DNA from: Candidatus Geohabitans tengchongensis
Lineage (GTDB): Bacteria > Sysuimicrobiota > Sysuimicrobiia > Sysuimicrobiales > Humicultoraceae
Assembly: GCA_031459625.1 (NCBI GenBank)
Contig: JAVKIH010000038.1
Location: 1-16,868 of the forward strand
Length of the DNA: 16,868 nucleotides
Direction of reading: 5' to 3'
Shown here: positions 15,289-16,868 of the stretch, piece by piece
How the letters are laid out: the number at the start of each line of letters is the position of its first letter
How positions within the stretch are numbered: position 1 is the stretch's first letter
The notes under the pieces: model-generated
Database searches by the model: none
What the model was told of the DNA's origin: nothing
The model's input: only the letters and a program-made list of their open reading frames with translations
Position numbers and translations under genes: made by a program

Positions 15289-16273
15289 GTGGGTCCACGA
15301 CGCCACCTGGTTCATCGACGAGCTGCGGAAGGGGCGGGAAGGTCGGCTGCTCGAGCGCGGGCTGAGCGCCGCCTACTACCGCGGGCGCATCTTTGCTGTA
15401 CCGTGGGTCAACGGTTCCCAGCTCCTCCACTGGAACAAGAAGCTGTTCCGGAAGGCCGGTCTCGACCCCAACGCACCCCTTACCTGGCACCGGCAGAAGA
15501 ACACCTGGGACATCTTCGTCGAGTACGCGAAGAAGATGACCGGGCGGATCGACGGGCAGCAGGTGTACGGCGTGACGGACGCGTGGGCGGGCAATCACGT
15601 CCTGTGGACCTGGGGCGGCTTGCTCCACATGCACGGGGGCCGGTTCCTCGACGAGGAGTTCCAGCCCACCTGGAACAGCCCCGCCGGCGTGGCCGCGACC
15701 GAGAAGCTGGTCGATCTCCTGCACACGCACAAAGTGATCGACCCCGCGGTGACAACATACACCTGGGTGTTCGACGCCTCCCCCGCCTACTTCAACGGGA
15801 CCCGCGGCATGTTCATCACCTGGCCGTTCATCGCCGGGGTGGCCAACAACCCGAAGGCTTCGAAGATCGCGGGCGACAGCGGTTTCGCACCCAACCCCGC
15901 AGTCGACACCAGCGGTTCGGTGGACGGCTCTGAGTTCTTCTCCGTGCCCGTCTTCGCCAAGAACGAGGCGGAGGCGTGGCGCTTCCTCCGGCTGGTCACC
16001 TCGCGCGAGGGGCAGCGCATCATCGCGCTGGGTGGCTGGGCCGGCATCTACCGGGACGTCATGACCGAGCCCGATATCCTGAAGCGGTTCCCATTCTACG
16101 AGGCTTTGGCAGTTTCGTACAACTACGAGGTGGAGGGTGGCTGGTCCCCGGACCGGCCGGTCTGGCAGGAAATCCTCAGCAACGAGATCCACGAAGTCAT
16201 CGCCAGGAAGAAGAAGCCCCGGGAGGCCTTGAACGACGCGGCGCGAAGGGTGATCCAGAGCCGGAAGAGGTAG
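14939..16273 (+). CDS. Carbohydrate ABC transporter extracellular solute-binding protein with Tat signal, 444 aa
   Basis: TRRELL twin-arginine motif and an A-x-A cleavage region without a lipobox Cys. Family-1 SBP motifs YRGRIFAVPW, LHWNKKLFRKAGLDP, TWDIFVEYAKKMT, EAWRFLRLVTS and PREALNDAA. Confidence 0.9.
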   Translation: MNEESRVTRRELLDRTSRLALGAGLASPLMTLLARAAAAAPSTRLTGALTVLLGSHMDPVKTLVAKYQEKYGVPPRVDLVTTPDLKNKLVAAFLARTSPWDAVFATAQIASSLASNKWVHDATWFIDELRKGREGRLLERGLSAAYYRGRIFAVPWVNGSQLLHWNKKLFRKAGLDPNAPLTWHRQKNTWDIFVEYAKKMTGRIDGQQVYGVTDAWAGNHVLWTWGGLLHMHGGRFLDEEFQPTWNSPAGVAATEKLVDLLHTHKVIDPAVTTYTWVFDASPAYFNGTRGMFITWPFIAGVANNPKASKIAGDSGFAPNPAVDTSGSVDGSEFFSVPVFAKNEAEAWRFLRLVTSREGQRIIALGGWAGIYRDVMTEPDILKRFPFYEALAVSYNYEVEGGWSPDRPVWQEILSNEIHEVIARKKKPREALNDAARRVIQSRKR

Positions 16274-16321
16274 TCACCCGGCCGGACGGCCGCTCTAGCG
16301 CCGATCCGAGGCGGGCCGCGC

Positions 16322-16448
16322 ATGGTGAGAGACGCCCAGGCTGTCACCGCGAGGGTGCAGGCGGTCGCTCCCCGACGCGCGCGTCGCATCCACCCGGAGA
16401 CCCTGTTCGCGCTCGTGCTGGTGGCACCGGCCCTGCTGGTCGTCCTAG
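16322..16448 (+). pseudogene. Carbohydrate ABC permease, 5' fragment interrupted by IS5-family element
   Basis: MVRDAQAVTARVQAVAPRRARRIHPETLFALVLVAPALLVVL resembles the first TM segment of MalF/UgpA-type permeases. It runs into the IS and stops at 16457-16459. Confidence 0.75.
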
Positions 16449-16868
16449 CAGGGTGCTGAAAAACCGCAGGTTCTCGCCGACTCGTGACGAATCTTTCTTC
16501 TCAACGGACGCACCTCACTCACTCCCTTCATAGGAGCACACCCGATGCGCGGAGACGACCTGCAGCAGGCCAGCATGTTCAGCTACCTCTCCCCCGAGGA
16601 ACGGGTCCCTCCAGACCATCCCCTGCGGCCCCTCCGGATGATGGTCGACGCGGTCCTCGGCGAGCTCTCGCCGGACTTCGACCGGCTCTATGCCCGCACG
16701 GGGCGGCCGTCGGTGCCTCCGGAGCAGCTGCTCCGGGCGCTGCTCCTGCAGATCCTCTACACCATCCGCAGCGAGCGGCTCCTCATGGAGCAACTGGCCT
16801 ACAACCTCCTCTTCCGCTGGTTCGTCGGGCTGAACCTGGACGACCCCGTCTGGGATGCCACCACGTTC
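16449..16868 (+). mobile_element. IS5-family insertion sequence, left part (continues past window end)
   Basis: CTAG target at 16445-16448, followed by the terminal-repeat-like CAGGGTGCTGAAAAAC and a transposase gene. Confidence 0.88.
16545..16868 (+). CDS. IS5-family transposase (DUF772-type N-terminus), partial
   Basis: AGGAG SD at 16532-16536. Translates MRGDDLQQASMFSYLSPEERVPPDHPLR...GRPSVPPEQLLRALLLQILYTIRSERLLMEQLAYNLLFRWFVGL...VWDATTF. Confidence 0.93.
   Translation, partial: MRGDDLQQASMFSYLSPEERVPPDHPLRPLRMMVDAVLGELSPDFDRLYARTGRPSVPPEQLLRALLLQILYTIRSERLLMEQLAYNLLFRWFVGLNLDDPVWDATTF

Noticed and set aside
1..16868. Composite transposon bounded by the two IS elements
   Set aside because: The elements belong to different families, each interrupts a separate gene, and the enclosed DNA is core housekeeping. 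The window ends are more likely assembly breaks at repeats.

Overview
Very GC-rich bacterial chromosome segment, apparently from a diderm Terrabacteria lineage (Armatimonadota-like; this is an inference). Both ends run into insertion sequences. The minus strand carries a core cluster: infC (AUC start)-rpmI-rplT-ktrB-ktrA-TrmH-family methyltransferase-[promoter]-YqzL-like 38-aa ORF-Phe T-box-pheS-pheT (short form)-cvpA-polX-mpg, with mpg cut by an IS481-family element. Divergently, the plus strand carries a minimal mlaE-mlaF-mlaD operon whose MlaD has a long helical stalk and a beta-barrel-like C-terminus. An accessory block follows: a probable transposase relic, an IclR regulator, a Tat-exported sugar-binding protein, and a sugar ABC permease cut by an IS5-family element. 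The most notable points are a PheS with several substitutions at normally conserved pocket and motif-3 positions, an enlarged T-box Stem I with two inserted hairpins and a small ORF inside its transcript, and a G8 tract whose length decides whether IclR stops, runs on or fuses to the binding protein. The IS481 end also contains a fold-back that hides the transposase SD and start codon. All calls come from motif recognition by eye; no database searches were run.
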